Made by a program: the position numbers and the translations under genes
Part shown: positions 1-13,600 of the stretch, piece by piece
How positions within the stretch are numbered: the first letter of the stretch is position 1
Layout: every line of letters begins with the position of its first letter
The notes under the pieces: model-generated
Database searches by the model: none
Seen by the model: the letters and a program-made list of their open reading frames with translations, nothing else
What the model was told of the DNA's origin: nothing
Assembly: GCA_023515725.1 (NCBI GenBank)
Contig: JALDTO010000155.1
Span: 531,147-595,146 of the forward strand
Direction: 5' to 3'
DNA length: 64,000 bases
From: Amoeboaphelidium protococcarum X5
Taxonomy: Eukaryota > Fungi > Aphelidiomycota

Positions 1-2437
1 GCTCACCATTCTTCCTGTCAGCATCTTGGACGCGATGTTCAAATGCAGAGAGTGTAACAATCTAACTCTGCATCTAACCTTGTAGCAAGTTGAATTGTTG
101 CAATAACTCTGTATACTTGCGCTCCTCGACCATCGGCTCACTAGGACTAGCAATGACTGCTGATGTCTGACTAGGAGTGGATGCAAGAGGTGGCGAAGTA
201 GGGGGAGTGATTTTACGAGTATCGGTAGCATTTCCACTATTGCTCAGAGGTTGACGCTGAGACTATTATTAAGCCTTTTTACTCTTTGAAGATTACGGCT
301 GGCCACTAGGTGATAACGCGGGCTGTGCATTCTAATCCTTCTTGGAACTAGGTGATACTTGGGTAGATGATACGGCTTAAGTAGATGCTGCATTTCTTTT
401 AGCTTAAACAGGCTAAGCACTTGATACAGGAGTATTCTTCACACTAGTAGCAGCAGGGTTATCAACTGCAGTTTTTCCGACAGAATCGTTACAATTAGAA
501 CCACCTTTAATATTCTGGGATTCAACAGGCCTTTTCAGTGAGGAAGACGGTAATGGCTCCACTTACGTAGATTATTACTAATTCCCCTTCTTTGAGTTGG
601 CCGCAGAGTTGTTGTTGGACTTCTTCTTACTCGCAGTCTTCTACTCCTGCTCTGCCTCAAGAGATCTCAACAACTCATTCTACGCCTCCAAAGCCTTGTT
701 GTCAAAATATTTCTTCTACATTTCGCGGTGCAATACTTTAACAAACACGTTTGATAATTCAACGCAACCGCTACTAAGACCGGAGAGATACTTTGACTTG
801 CATATAGAGCTATCGTGCAAGAACTTCTTTACTTCCTCAATTCTCTTAGCGATGGCGTTACTGATAATGTCACTCTCTCTACCAGTATTCTCATACACAA
901 AGAACTTGACAATCATGTACACCACCAACACCAGATAGAACGATGGAAATGCATTAATAAGAGCTGAGTTAAACTACTTGAGGAGCGTTTGCAACATCAT
1001 CTCAATTCTCTTTACGCGCTTCTTGAAATCCTTCTTCCCAATACGCTCCATTCTTCCCAGATAGGAGGCTTTGGACTTTCCACAATAGCTATCGTTCAGA
1101 TAATCAACCTCCGCCAGCAGCTCCTCCTTCTTGCACTGATAATCTTCAATAATTTCACGGATGCGCGTCTCTGTGATAGTAGACAAATTCTAAACCGAAG
1201 ATCTCGCCTCACTCTCAATCTGCTCAACCAGCTCCTTACTTCTAGGTATATCAATCTTCTATACTCGACTGAAAAATACGTCAGAGAAGCGACTGACAAA
1301 CTGCTACAACTTCTCACCAATACGCTCGGCATCACAAAATAGCCCTTCATCCGCAAGAATCTCATAAAAGCAATCGATATAACTCATGATATACCCATCC
1401 AGTTTCTACAGAGCTTCCTAGGCATTTTAAGAAGCCAAAACATCCAAAGACTACTTGAAGTCTTAGAAATACTAATCAAAAGGAATATGTTCAGGCATAT
1501 GAGCCTGTTCACAACGCTCGCTGGTTGCCTTTTATATGGCATCAGCGCCTACAATCAGTTCAAGTTCTTTCAGATTATCGCGGATAAATACAATCAAATC
1601 CTCAATAGTCTACCATTAAACTTTCAATTTTGGCTTCAGATCAGTCTCGATGCACTTTTCAATGATCAAGCGACGCTTATCCAACTCTGCCGCCTCCACT
1701 TCAATTTCAGTAGGCATCGTGTCAGTGGCGCGATCATGGCAATAGTAATCTTTAAGAGTAAGGGACTCCTCTACAAATAGGTCTTGGTACTTGCACAGAT
1801 CAGACATCTTGATGCGGAATCCCTTCTTATCTTGATTGATTGTGCGCAAGAACTCAAAATTGCGACGATCCTTAATAACGTTACCATTATGATTATTCAT
1901 GTCCGGGTGAGGAGTGGGCAGCACAAGAGGCTTAAGAACATCCTAAGACTTCCACGCGTTTGGTCTCTTCTCCATCCACTAGTTATAGCACTTGAGCAGA
2001 TCCTCGACCATCTCCACCACAGAATCGGGCTAATTATCACCACCTTCACCGCCATTAGGATTAGATGTAACACGCTTAGTCTAAGTGAATGGATCGTGTC
2101 TTACGTATTTCTCAATTCTACCGCACATAAATTCAACCATCAGCGACGACTGGTCTGTATTCTACTAAGAGGCATCAAGCGATTGTGACGATAAGCCAGA
2201 ATTTCCCCTTTTACCAGATGATGATTACTGACTACTAATATTGGAGGATGTACTATTATTATAAAAAGACTTGTATATAAACTGAGCCCATTCCTTGCAA
2301 TAGAAGCACGACATCCCATCACATGACGGAATAGACCGTATCTCCTTCAACACTGTCTCTTTGTCTACATGCAGCACATAGTCTTGTGCGAATTTACCGT
2401 TCATCCACTTGAACAGATGCATAATATCTTCGCCCAT
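1..2437 (-). CDS. Large hypothetical helical/coiled-coil protein (>810 aa, 3' end runs off the window)
   Basis: Minus-strand ORFs 2225-2437, 1616-1924, 974-1186 and 716-931 are in one frame and join with no TGA when TAA/TAG=Gln (MGEDIMHLFKW...QFNLLQGQMQSQIVTL...). No family recognised. Confidence 0.75.
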
Positions 2438-3260
2438 CTTGAATTTGTAATCAACAGAGTAGATAATGAACGCAGCTGTATAATTACGAAAATACTAATG
2501 GAAAGAAGCACAATGACAATTTTTGCTGTAGAATATAAGAAAAAGCCTGCAACCCCTGTGCTGTGAAAAGAGAATATTTTTGTGAAGAAATTGAAAAATG
2601 ATGATCTCTCCGTTGAACGCGCCCGCTCGCCTCGCCTGATGTAAATTTGGATGCGATCACGTTTTGCTTGTCTGAGTGGCCATCCATCTGCTGATCTCAA
2701 CGACGCGCTTGTTTGGGTGATCGCGCTTCACAAAGATTGGCGCGGCGCTCAGATCGGTCGTAAATGTGGCATTTAAATCGTAATGACTAAGCAAGCATCA
2801 CTAGACCCATGTTTATATTCATGATCTTTCGTAGGCGATGGTAAGAATAGAATACGACGTTTTGATGATGTCGAAGGGCACTGTTAGAGCTAGAAAGGGG
2901 TATAAGTGTTCACTATTGACTACTAGTTTTAAATCCCGCCATTGACAGCCGAATCTCTCGCGAAATCTGATACATAGGGCGTTCAACATAGCAGTCAAAT
3001 TAATTAAACACTGGCCTACCCTCATTATTTATTTTACTTTTTGTTGTTGTGCAATAAAAGAATTACACAATTAAATTGCTTGGCGTGTCACTGTCACACA
3101 TGGAACCACTGCTGATTGGATTCGCAACCAACTAGGTGGTACATGAACTTGTGGATGTGTGATTGCGCCATAGCTGTATTCGACCTTTATCCATCCGATT
3201 GATATATCAGTTAAATTATCTCGTTTTTATATACTTATTCTGGCTTTATTATTATCTCCT

Positions 3261-4907
3261 ATGTATTATGCAATATACTTGGTATTGTTGGTAATGATGT
3301 CAGTGCATGGTTTGCCTGAAGTGGTGTCTGCTGAAACTGCGATCAAGTGCCGTTAACGAATAGCTACCACTGCTCCATGTTCAAGTGCATCACCTGTTGC
3401 GAAGTCGGTCACCTCTGCTTCATCAACAGTCTTCTCTACTGTTGCTTAAAGCATAACTACCACTGCTCCATCGGAGGTTGCTACTCCGTGCTCCAGCTCG
3501 GTGATGTATTCTATTACTGCTAATCTGACAACTGCGCGTTCATCATCGTCATCGAAAATAACTACATCTTCTCGACTTTAGTTGACATCGTCTACTCCTT
3601 GCTCTACTTCCACCCGCCAGCAGTCGTCCTCTGTCACAATGTCTTCGCGTCCTTTTAATACTAGCACTCCTTATGTTAGTACGACTAGCACTCTCACTGT
3701 GGTATCATCTAGCTTAACTAAAGTTACAACTACCTCATCAACGCCGACTGCATCGACATCTGCCATCTTCACTGCCTCTACATGCACCTCATGTACTACG
3801 AAGCCTGTGGTTTCAAGTTCAACTTATCCGATTATCTCTTCATCTACTTTGATTAGCACTACATCTACCGCTACTGTATCATAAACACCTCCTGTGCTTA
3901 TACCTCCACCTCAGAAGCCTCCTGTGCCTGAGCCGCCAATCTCTCCTCCTGAAAGCAGGCCCCCTCCGAGAGGTCCGCCAGACTCACCTGGGCCACCTAC
4001 TAGTGAACGTCCTCCCTCACGAAAACCTCCAAGCCGAGAGAGACCTCCAAGTCGAGAGCCACCGAGTATGGAGCCTCCAAGCCGGGAGAGACCTCCTAGT
4101 CGTGAACGTCCTCCAAGTAGAGAAAGCCCGCCAAGTAATCCACCTTCTAGAGAGAATCCTCCGAGTCGAAGTTCTCCACCTCCACCACCACCTTCTCCAC
4201 CTCCACCTCCAACTGACGATTCTGGCTCCCCTCCTCCATCAACATCTTCTCCGAGGCCTAGACCACCTTCATCTTCCTCACCAAAGCCCCCGTCTAACAG
4301 CAGGCCGCGTAGTACTGGTAAAAATGCTAAAGGCGGTGGCGGTGGGGAATGTCCATTGATATTTGATATGAACAAAGATGGTGTTGTCTCCGCGTCTCTG
4401 AAGACTGGCATCTCGAAAGACCCTGCTAACCCACATTTACGCCACGGTGGTGCAGTTGGTGGCGATAAAATGCTTGCCATGTCAGATTTGAATGGAAATG
4501 GATTGATTGATATTCATGAGGTGTTTGGCGATTAAACGCTGAGTCCATTCACTCGCAAACCATATAAAGCATCTAATGGCTTTGACGCGCTTCATAAGCT
4601 GGCCATGGAAATGCAGACTGTGCCTGAGTGCCAAGGAGGTACGGAACAACGAGACCATGATAGTCTGCTAGTGTCATTGTCTTCTGTCAAAAAGTGTCTC
4701 AACACCCGCGGCATTGACTTGGGCTTCATCAGTGATTCCAATATTGCTGAACTTGAACCTTTGGGAGATGCTGATCTAGTTGACGTCACAGAATATTCTC
4801 ATACTCCCGATGATTATCGTAATGGCGTTCTTCATGGTTAAAAGGGATCATTCTATGCCAAAGATGGAACTAAGCACTAAGTTGATGATGTCTGGTTCAG
4901 AAAGTGA
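3261..4907 (+). CDS. Secreted Ser/Thr- and Pro-rich protein with a C-terminal bacterial RTX/hemolysin-associated-like domain (548 aa)
   Basis: Signal-peptide-like start MYYAIYLVLLVMMSVHG, S/T-rich stalk and SRERPP repeats. C-terminus CPLIFDMNKDG...DLNGNGLIDIHEVFGDQT...SNGFDAL...QKGSFYAKDGTKHQVDDVWFRK ends at TGA 4905-4907. Confidence 0.8.
4002..4210 (+). repeat. Coding tandem repeat, about 11 units of S(R)(E)(R)PP followed by SPPPPPPSPPPPP
   Basis: SERPP-SRKPP-SRERPP-SREPP-SMEPP-SRERPP-SRERPP-SRESPP-SNPP-SRENPP in the translation. Confidence 0.85.
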
Positions 4908-5236
4908 TTGTTGTTCCAATTAAACGTGATATAAATTATCGTTGATTGGTTCAATTCTCAAATTATGAGTCTAAAGCTTTTTGTTAATATATGTGAATAA
5001 TTTAATTTGTTTATTGCCATCATTTTTCTAATTGGCAATACCTATACGCGCTAAATTTAATCAGTTGTATATACTACTGTAGAATACGTTAACCGAAAGT
5101 AGCGTACCCGCGTTAGAGCTCTGTTCTGAATGGGAATAAAGTTCTTCTTGAGACACACAGGCGAAGGTTTTCTGGCTCTCTTTTCTTTCAACCAATCTCG
5201 CGTATACTTAGCGATAACTGAGCATTATTAAGACAA

Positions 5237-5832
5237 ATGAACAGAACATTATAATTGACTTCTAGAATTTCCAGTAAGATTGACCACCATTTGCAAGGAA
5301 TTAGATTCAAGTATCATTGTAGGGCGTTTTTTGGCTGACTAAGCTCCGGCAACACCTAGTCGTAGTAAATTGTTGCTTAATTTGGTCACTCCCCATTAGG
5401 TTCGATCTTTATATTGATTTGCTCTCATGATTTTCAATTGTAAATGTAATCTACTATATCGTGGTGTAGGCTATTTATTAGAATTAAGAAGTTGAGCGTG
5501 TCGACTTGCCAGCATCTACTGGCGATATGGGTGTACTCGCTAATCACGTTCCTACCATTCAGCAACTGAAGCCTGGTATGGTGGATGTTGTTATTGATGC
5601 CACCAAGTCCAAGAAGCTTTTCGTCAGTGGCGGATTTGCTGTTGTCAGTCCTGATAACGTACTGAATATCAATGTCTTGGAGGCCGCCACCATTGACGAG
5701 ATTGATAAGAGCGCCGTGAAATCGCAGCTGGCCGAGGCTCAACGCAAGTTTGACAAGGCTTCAAATGAAGACGATAAAGCGCTTGCTGGTGCTGAACTTG
5801 AGCTATTTCAGGCGTTGGAGAAGTATGTCTGA
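5237..5832 (+). CDS. ATP16: Mitochondrial F1 ATP synthase delta subunit
   Basis: VDLPASTGDMGVLANHVPTIQQLKPG...FVSGGFA. Introns 5274-5322 and 5400-5469 (GT..AG) give MNRTLQLTSRISRRFLADQ...LNLVTPHQAIY. TGA stop. Confidence 0.95.
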
Positions 5833-5874
5833 TTTATATAGTGACTCAAAAAGGATATAAAACTCTAGTCATCA

Positions 5875-6693
5875 TCAACTATTAAACATACGAGAATACA
5901 GCCTTGTGTGAGAGTTTTGTACCATGTCCATGACTGGATCTTCATTGTAAGATTGATCCCATGGCACATCATTATACTTTACCGCCATTTTTTCCGCGTC
6001 ATGCATCAGATTAATCAACACTTTCTGCGATCTCAGAGGTCCAATTACATTCAATCTCACTGCAGCAGATATTATACCTCTCAATTGCGAATATATAAAC
6101 ATTTCCACGCATTCATCTACACTAACAGGCACTTGAAGTGTTGTTTACTTCTTTACTCAAAGACACGTGCGCAACATACCTTCAGTAAATGATAAACAGT
6201 ACGCGACAATGCTAAAGATGAACACTTGATGAGGATAAATCACATCTTGACGTACTAAGGTGAGAATACCCTTAAAGACTTACGCTCTTTGTGAATCAGC
6301 AATTTCAGATTAGAAACTTTTTGCGGTTAGTTGTAATAGTGCCTATCCTTGGGCACTAGAACTTCTACATGACGCGATATTTCCCACCATAGTCGCGTTC
6401 AGATGCATGCCAAGTTATCGCAGCTGCACAAGACATTAATCCAAAGAATTATTGACCGCTGCAAGAGGTTCAAGTAATTGAAATATTCCTCTGCAATATG
6501 GAACTTATTGAGTCATCAAGTTCGTCATTACTTAGTCCACAAATACTGTGAGGCCCAGCTCATCGTGAATTAATCCACAAGTGTAAGCACATTCTATACC
6601 ATTGGATGCTACAAAACCACCAGTTGGTATAGCACTGTCCACTAGCATCCACTTCAGCCATGAGGAGCGTTTCTAATGCTTTGATTCCGACAT
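5875..6693 (-). CDS. ureF: Urease accessory protein UreF
   Basis: LVDSAIPTGGFVASNGIE at the N-terminus; SAAVRLNVIGP...HTRLYSRMFNS* at the C-terminus; 273 codons in table 6. Confidence 0.93.
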
Positions 6694-6843
6694 TCTCTCA
6701 CTTACAGCCAAGCGAAGCGTTTCAACGCGCTCCAATGTCCGTTTTCTCTTTCTCTCTTTGTCACTCAAAAACGATCTTTGAAGTAATCGAGTGCAGTCGT
6801 TTATCAGGTAACATTTTCTTTAAATTTAATTAGCGTAACAGAA

Positions 6844-9800
6844 ATGAGTGGGTCAGTATCTTTGAGTTCAAAGTTGCAATAATTGAATAGTGAATGCAAG
6901 ACTAGAACTGAATATGCCGACAAATCGACTGTCATATTGGATTAGGCGTCTGCGGAAGAATACTTGGCATGGCTGGAGATTGAATTGCAGTCAACAACAC
7001 AGAATGACAAGAACTTGTTACTGTGCTTAAATCTGCTATTTCAAGGTAAATTTGACCATGATTGTATGAATTCGTATGTGAATCTTGATGCTTGTAGGCT
7101 CCTAAGGCGCGTAAGAGACTTGTCTGAAACGGAAGGTGGATTTGTTTCAGGCGTGTTTCAAATGGTTGATTACTGGCACAGCCGTGTAATGGGAGGCCAA
7201 TGCTCAAGGTGTAGTTTCGCGTATTTAATTGGAAATCGGTGGCTTGCCAGTTTAGAGCTTGAAAGAGTCATGCGAATAGTTACTGCCATGTTGTCGCCCT
7301 GATGGCAATTGTAGTTTACATATATTTCAGCTTCTACCTCTATTACTACAGGCGATTGTGAACCATAAAGATTTTACTACCAGCCAGGAAAGCTCTATTC
7401 AACAGCAAGGTTTGATTTATAGAGAAATCTTCCTTGGCAAATTATTAAGTTAAGACTTGCGCGCCGAAGTTATTCTCAAAGTTGTGATATCGTTGAGGGA
7501 GGTTCATTTGAGTGATTCTGTGCTCAAGTTGATTGCGAGAAAGTCATCATTGTTTTTTAAACAAGTTCCTGAAGATGCTATTCCTCAGCTGTTTTATAAT
7601 CTGCACCTGCTATGCAAGTAGCAGTATGCTCTTGATTTGATAATGAATCTCCTAAAGTACATCAGTGAACTGTTAGTTGATATGAAGTCAAAGGACGGAT
7701 CAATCAGTTTCTAATTCTGTGACAACATTGCTATCCTCTTGCATCACATTGGCAATGCTTTTGTTTAAAACAAGTCCCTGAGTGATCATTATGTGAAGAA
7801 GCTAAAAGAGTTGGAGCCTGCTGAAATTGGGCATTTCCATTTAGTCGTTCTTGCAAGCATGACTAAATCTTATCAGTTGCAGTCTATTGCCATTGGCGCT
7901 TTTAAGTATCTACTGCAGCAATTTTTTGTTGTCTCCTCCAAGCAGGCTCGAATTGCTTGGTTGCAGAGTTGTCCATGCTTGGCCTAGAGTGATATCAGTA
8001 AAATGTTAGATCTGATCGTTGAATGTGCCTTCTGCGGGTGGGATGATGTTCTGAATGGGTTGATTCTGTTCAGTTAAAGTATTCTTGATGGTGGTCACGC
8101 TTTAAAATGTTACGAGACTGAATCAGATTCCGACTTTAAATTGGCTGAGAAGGATGCGTTAATTGTTATGGCAGTTGATGTACAGGCAAAGATCTTTACG
8201 AAATGCGATTTTCTTTAAAAGTCAATTTTCGAGGCAGTTGTAGATGCTGTGACTACTGACAGTGCTTGTTCAATCAACAACATTGTTCTCTTCTGCAAAT
8301 TGGTTAAATGTAATGCATTGGCCTTAAATAAATATCACGCAGCAATTTCAAGCGTCATGTCTGTAATTACATCCATGCCATATCAAAGAGCTGAACTGTT
8401 AATGTATCCTTTGGCTCAGCTATGTCTCAGTAATGAGAATTTATTGAATGGTTTCATGCTCATCCTAAAGAAGGCCTTATTTTAAAGCCATCCTAATGGC
8501 AAAATGGTTGCGCTGTTGGGTTTTGTGGAATTATTAAGAGTAAATGTTAAAGTTGGTTCGCCAAACGATATAAGTTTCGAAATCCTTGAAGAGCTGGAGA
8601 AATGCTTTAATCTTCCTGAAGAGTTTAAATGTATGTTTTATCTGAAATTAATCAGTCTTTTTCAGGAGTGTAAAGACATAAAAGTAAATGAGTACACAGT
8701 GGAAATTCTTTGGGGCTGTTTTAATCAATACATTGACAACAGACCAAATGGTAATAGAGTCGTAGTTGATTTTAATCTTGCAGTGTAAAGGAATGAAGTT
8801 GACCGCCGTTACGAAGAACCTATTGCTTTATTGTTCAAAACTATCATCTGTGGATGTATTCAGCTGAAATCATTGGGATCAGCGTCTGATGCCATTCAAA
8901 AAGTTAAGGATATCATGCAACAGTTGCTAGTCCGCTTCAATGAGATTGATGTTTCTCTCTTTGGATTTGATAAGTAGACTGACTTTAACAGCGGTACGGT
9001 TATTGGTTAAAAGAATCTGAAATAGTCTGGGATGATTGTGGATCTTCTTGTTCTACTTGTTCAACAGTCTCTGGAAGGCCAAATGATAGATGGTAAGCTG
9101 TTTTCCGCTGGTTTAATCAAGTTGGTTACTCAGCTATTGACGTTGAGAGGCTAAAAGAATTCCGTTATTGTGCATTCTCTGTCCATCAATGAAATAATGA
9201 CATTAATTTCAACTATGCAAAGCGAGAATTAGGCTGGCTCTGCTTCACTGATTCAGATGCTCGTATAGAGTATTTTAAAGCTTCTTAAAGATCCTGTCAG
9301 TAGTTTTACTTTAGGTGAGTTGGAGTTTTCTATCGAGTGGGCTAGCAAGATGATTAGCGATATTGACAGTGAGCCTGTATAGATCATACTACTATAGATT
9401 TGTGTCGGTTTATTGCAGCATTGCTCGTAATATAACATTGTTGGTCTATCTTCCAAAATGGTGGTCAATCTGACAGCGATTGTCAAATATGTTGTCTAAC
9501 AGGAGTCTCCTAAGATTGCAAAAGAGTTGGGAAGATTGCTGTCCAATCTGTCATAATTTAAAGGTGTCGATAGCTAATTCTATGATGATTTGATACCATT
9601 GCTTACTGAGGCTTTAAAAGATGGAAGTCTTGGCGATCCAGTGTCGGCGCATTTTGCCATCTATATGAGCTGTCTGAGTAATTTGTCGACTGATGTTTTG
9701 AAACTGGTAAGATATTTGTGTACGTATCAAAATTTTATTATAAAATTTCTATTATAGAATCTTTGTAGGCAACTGAGTATTCTGAGGATGTATTTGGCGT

Positions 9801-10645
9801 GTTGGGAAATTACACTGCCTCTGGTTAGACTCAGGGTGTGTCAAAGAATCTGTCCATCACTCAGCAGACTGCGTTGGCAGCAGCATTGGGATTGTTCTAA
9901 TTATACGGTGATGCCGCAGATGAAGTGGAGTGGATCTCTCAGAATGTTTTGATCCACGATGATGGTCAGTATTTCTATTAGGTATTAGATCATCTGAATA
10001 TGATTATCGATGGATTGAATAAACTGATCAAAACGCCTCTCTATGAGCATTCAGTCATTACCTACAAAACGGTCATTCAACTGTTCAAGTTGTTTGCAAG
10101 AATTGTTAAAATGGTAATTTTATGCCTTTAAATGAATAAATGATATTTACTTCCATGCATTATTGACTGTGTAGGTAATTGACAACCATAACAAGGCGTC
10201 TTAGATCCAGTTGAATGATAATGTGATTGACTTTATACGGTCTGTATCCCAGGATTTGACTCCTCAAATTTATGGTTTCATGTCGTATGTGAGTCAAATT
10301 GATATGAACAAATCGAGATAAGACTCTGAGATGGGCAAGGCGAAGAAGCGAAAAGGCAAAGCCGGATCGACCAATGCCGCAACGCTGGGAGCTGACGCTA
10401 AGAGCAAAGTCATTCCTAATATGATATTTGCAATTGAGTAGTACGAGAAGCATTTAGTTAGATAATCGAAGCTGACCAAAGTTGATCTGATGCAATATTG
10501 TAAGAGAAGCACCACGAGGGATTTCAGAATTAAGATGGACGAACTCGAGAAGTTTTAATCAGATGGAGAGTCTACAGCGGCGGAGAATGACGATAACAAC
10601 GATGACGACGAGGAGAACGACTTGAAGAAATTGAAAGCCAATTGA
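6844..10645 (+). CDS. FANCI: Fanconi anemia group I protein (multi-exon)
   Basis: C-terminus [43 protein letters not shown] and internal MLILKKALFQ...KMVALLGF. Short introns at about 7046-7097, 9707-9757 and 10114-10174; exon structure is approximate. Confidence 0.88.
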
Positions 10646-10696
10646 AAAGATTATTGATATAAATTACGCACTTTATATTTTCTTCATATTCTCTAT

Positions 10697-13600
10697 TCAA
10701 GAACTGACTTTCACCTTTTTTTTCTTCTATTTCTTGTCTGTTTTAGAAACTGTCTTCTAATCTGCGCCTTACTCTGATGACTTTAACATTGCTTTCAACT
10801 CACTCTTTTTAATATTACCTTTCAACTCTTTCAGTTTCTAAACTTGTTCATTCTCAATATTCTTGCTGCAGATCTCATGCTACAAAATCTTTGCAATATG
10901 TTTGCCTCTAACATTGTGCGATAAGTGTGGCAAGAGGACATCAGATACCAACTGATGCAACTCTTGGTCCATCTCAGAGGACCCCGCGCAAGCAACCTTC
11001 AAGGACCATATGGAAAGATCAGCCACGTTAGCATACAACTCTGCTCTAATTCCACTCAAAGATAAGTAGACGTCCTCAGTTTAGGCAGCCATCAACTCGG
11101 CACAAAACTTGAACAGCTATTTAGCACCATCCTACACAGTGGATGATTTCGCATTCAATTTCTTCAGAGACGCCAGATCAATTTTCATTGAGGCTGTCTT
11201 GCCAACAATAGAAGCTACTCTAGAAGAAAACTAGGCTCTCTGCTCAGGAGCAAATATTGCGTTAATCTCGCTGACCTGCTCAATACAGTCTTTCAAATAA
11301 GACGCCTTATCTCCACTCTCCTTGATAGCTTTTTAGGCATTCTACGCAAAGGCCAAAGTGTTACCGTACACAGCTGCAATTCTAACTAATCTCTACAGCA
11401 ACTCAAAGCAAACAGTCCATCCTTCTTCTGATGTGACTCTATGTGCCTGTTTGAGCCAGATTTCAAGCAGTTCCAGCACTTTGATCTTGAAGGAGCGCGT
11501 TCTTTGCACCACTAAATCTCTCTATTTCTTTTCACCATTTCTAGAGCGGAATATCTCGGCCAATTTAGCGTCAAATCCCATAGATATCATTTGATCGTCG
11601 TCCAAAAGTTCCTCCTCATCTTCATCTTCGTCGTCGTCGTCACCATCACGTAAATTATTGTCAATAGCATCGGCCAACTTTGACTACAGCTCTAGCTTAA
11701 GCTACTCATCAACGATTTCCATATTATTCTGGTCATCATCATCGTCACTATCTGAGCTGAGACTGTTATCTTCACTATCATCCTCACCAACAACAGAATC
11801 CGCCATCTCTTAATCTTCTGCGTCATCTTGTGCTTCGGATTCGGACGATTTAACGGTAGGATCAATCACATTGAGAAGCAAATCCATACCTTCACCGTCA
11901 ATCTTGGAGCAAACAGAGCGCCAAGTCTAATCCACCAAGTGAGCAAATAGCTTTCGGCTAACATCAATAGCGGAAGTAGTCGTCATATCTTTATACTCAA
12001 CCACAGCCTAGTCCTCAGGATCCGATATACGCGACAATATGGATAACATTGCATCCACCAACACATTAATAGCCATAGATTCAACCTGGTTAATATTGTC
12101 ACAATCAGCCACTTTACGCAATACGCTCATCAAATCTTCCAGTAATGCCGCAAGTTCACCAACTTCATTCTCAATCAGAGAGTATCTCATCTAAATGGCA
12201 GTATAAAAGACCAAGTTGGCAATGCTCTTACATGCAAATGAAGCTTTTTATGGCAAGTTAAACTTGACAGCAGACTTGAATAGTGCAGATACTTCAGCGT
12301 CACATTCAACAGCCAGTGGTGGAGAATCTTTACACTTTCGGTCCACAGTGGTGATGAACTTGAGAAGATCCTGCGCAAAACTTCTACCATCTTCTGCATT
12401 CAATTTACCATTCGGGATCATACCGACAAAGGTTAGCAGATTCCATAACTTGGCTCTCACGTCATCTCTGACTTTGCCGGATAATGGAACGACATCAAAA
12501 TCCAACTAGAAAGCAGTGCTGACTTTGAGCAGAGAGTGGACACTAAAAAACTTTACCACTTCCAATAGCCACTCGTATGACTTCTCCACCTTTGGATCTC
12601 TCACAGTAGCGACCAATTGCTCCAAATATAATAGCTATTAATCGTCAGACTAGCATGACGCAAAGAGTTTAAAGATTGAACGCACATACTGCAGCATATC
12701 CTTCTAATTCTTTTACTACTCCCCAGTCCCATCATCTCCGGCGGATGGAAGAGCAACAGATATAGAGGCAGCGGTCAATTCAGATCTAACCTTCTAAACA
12801 CATTTATTGGTGGATATCTTCTTGGTACATTCAGTGAACATAGCCAGTGCCTTCTGAGGGCCACCAGGATACGAAGTGAGTAGATGCTACTTCAATTCAT
12901 CACATCCAAGTAGCGCAAACTTGTGCAGGGCAGACTTTTGATTAAGAGCTGAATTGAATAGAGTCTTCACCACATTAGGAGTCAGAATAGTATCACAATG
13001 AACATTCTCCATTTTCAGGCAGACTGAAAACAAAGACAGCGCGACGTGCATCCTCTCCACAGATGAATTGAACAGATTCTCCTCCACGCACTCTGTCCAG
13101 AAGTGACTAAACTTACCATCACCCGCGATGACATCATTCTTCAACAACAAATGCCACGCAGAATTCAATCTAGGATGACTGAATTCATGAGAGTTCTTGA
13201 GCAATGCGGCCAACTATTAATACTATGTATCATCGATCTGTACCAAAGCTTTCAAGTGCATCATAAGAACGCCAAATTCCAAAGTATCATTCAATTTCAA
13301 TTCTTGAATCTAATCTGCACATGTCTTTACCACAGCAGCCTTGAGATCACCACTAACTGGCACAGACTCACACAATTCTAGCAGAATCATCATGACCAGT
13401 TCGCGCAAGAACGCCTTCTACTTGGCAGCATGCAGAAGAATAGACACCACAGTCTACAAATGATCATTACTATCATCATCACCACTAACAGCAGATGTCA
13501 GACGACCAGATTTGATCAGCGATACGCAAAAAAAGACGCGACCAAACAGAATACCGCGCTATTCACTTCCACTCTGCTGTGTACCTGGAGATGCACTGGT

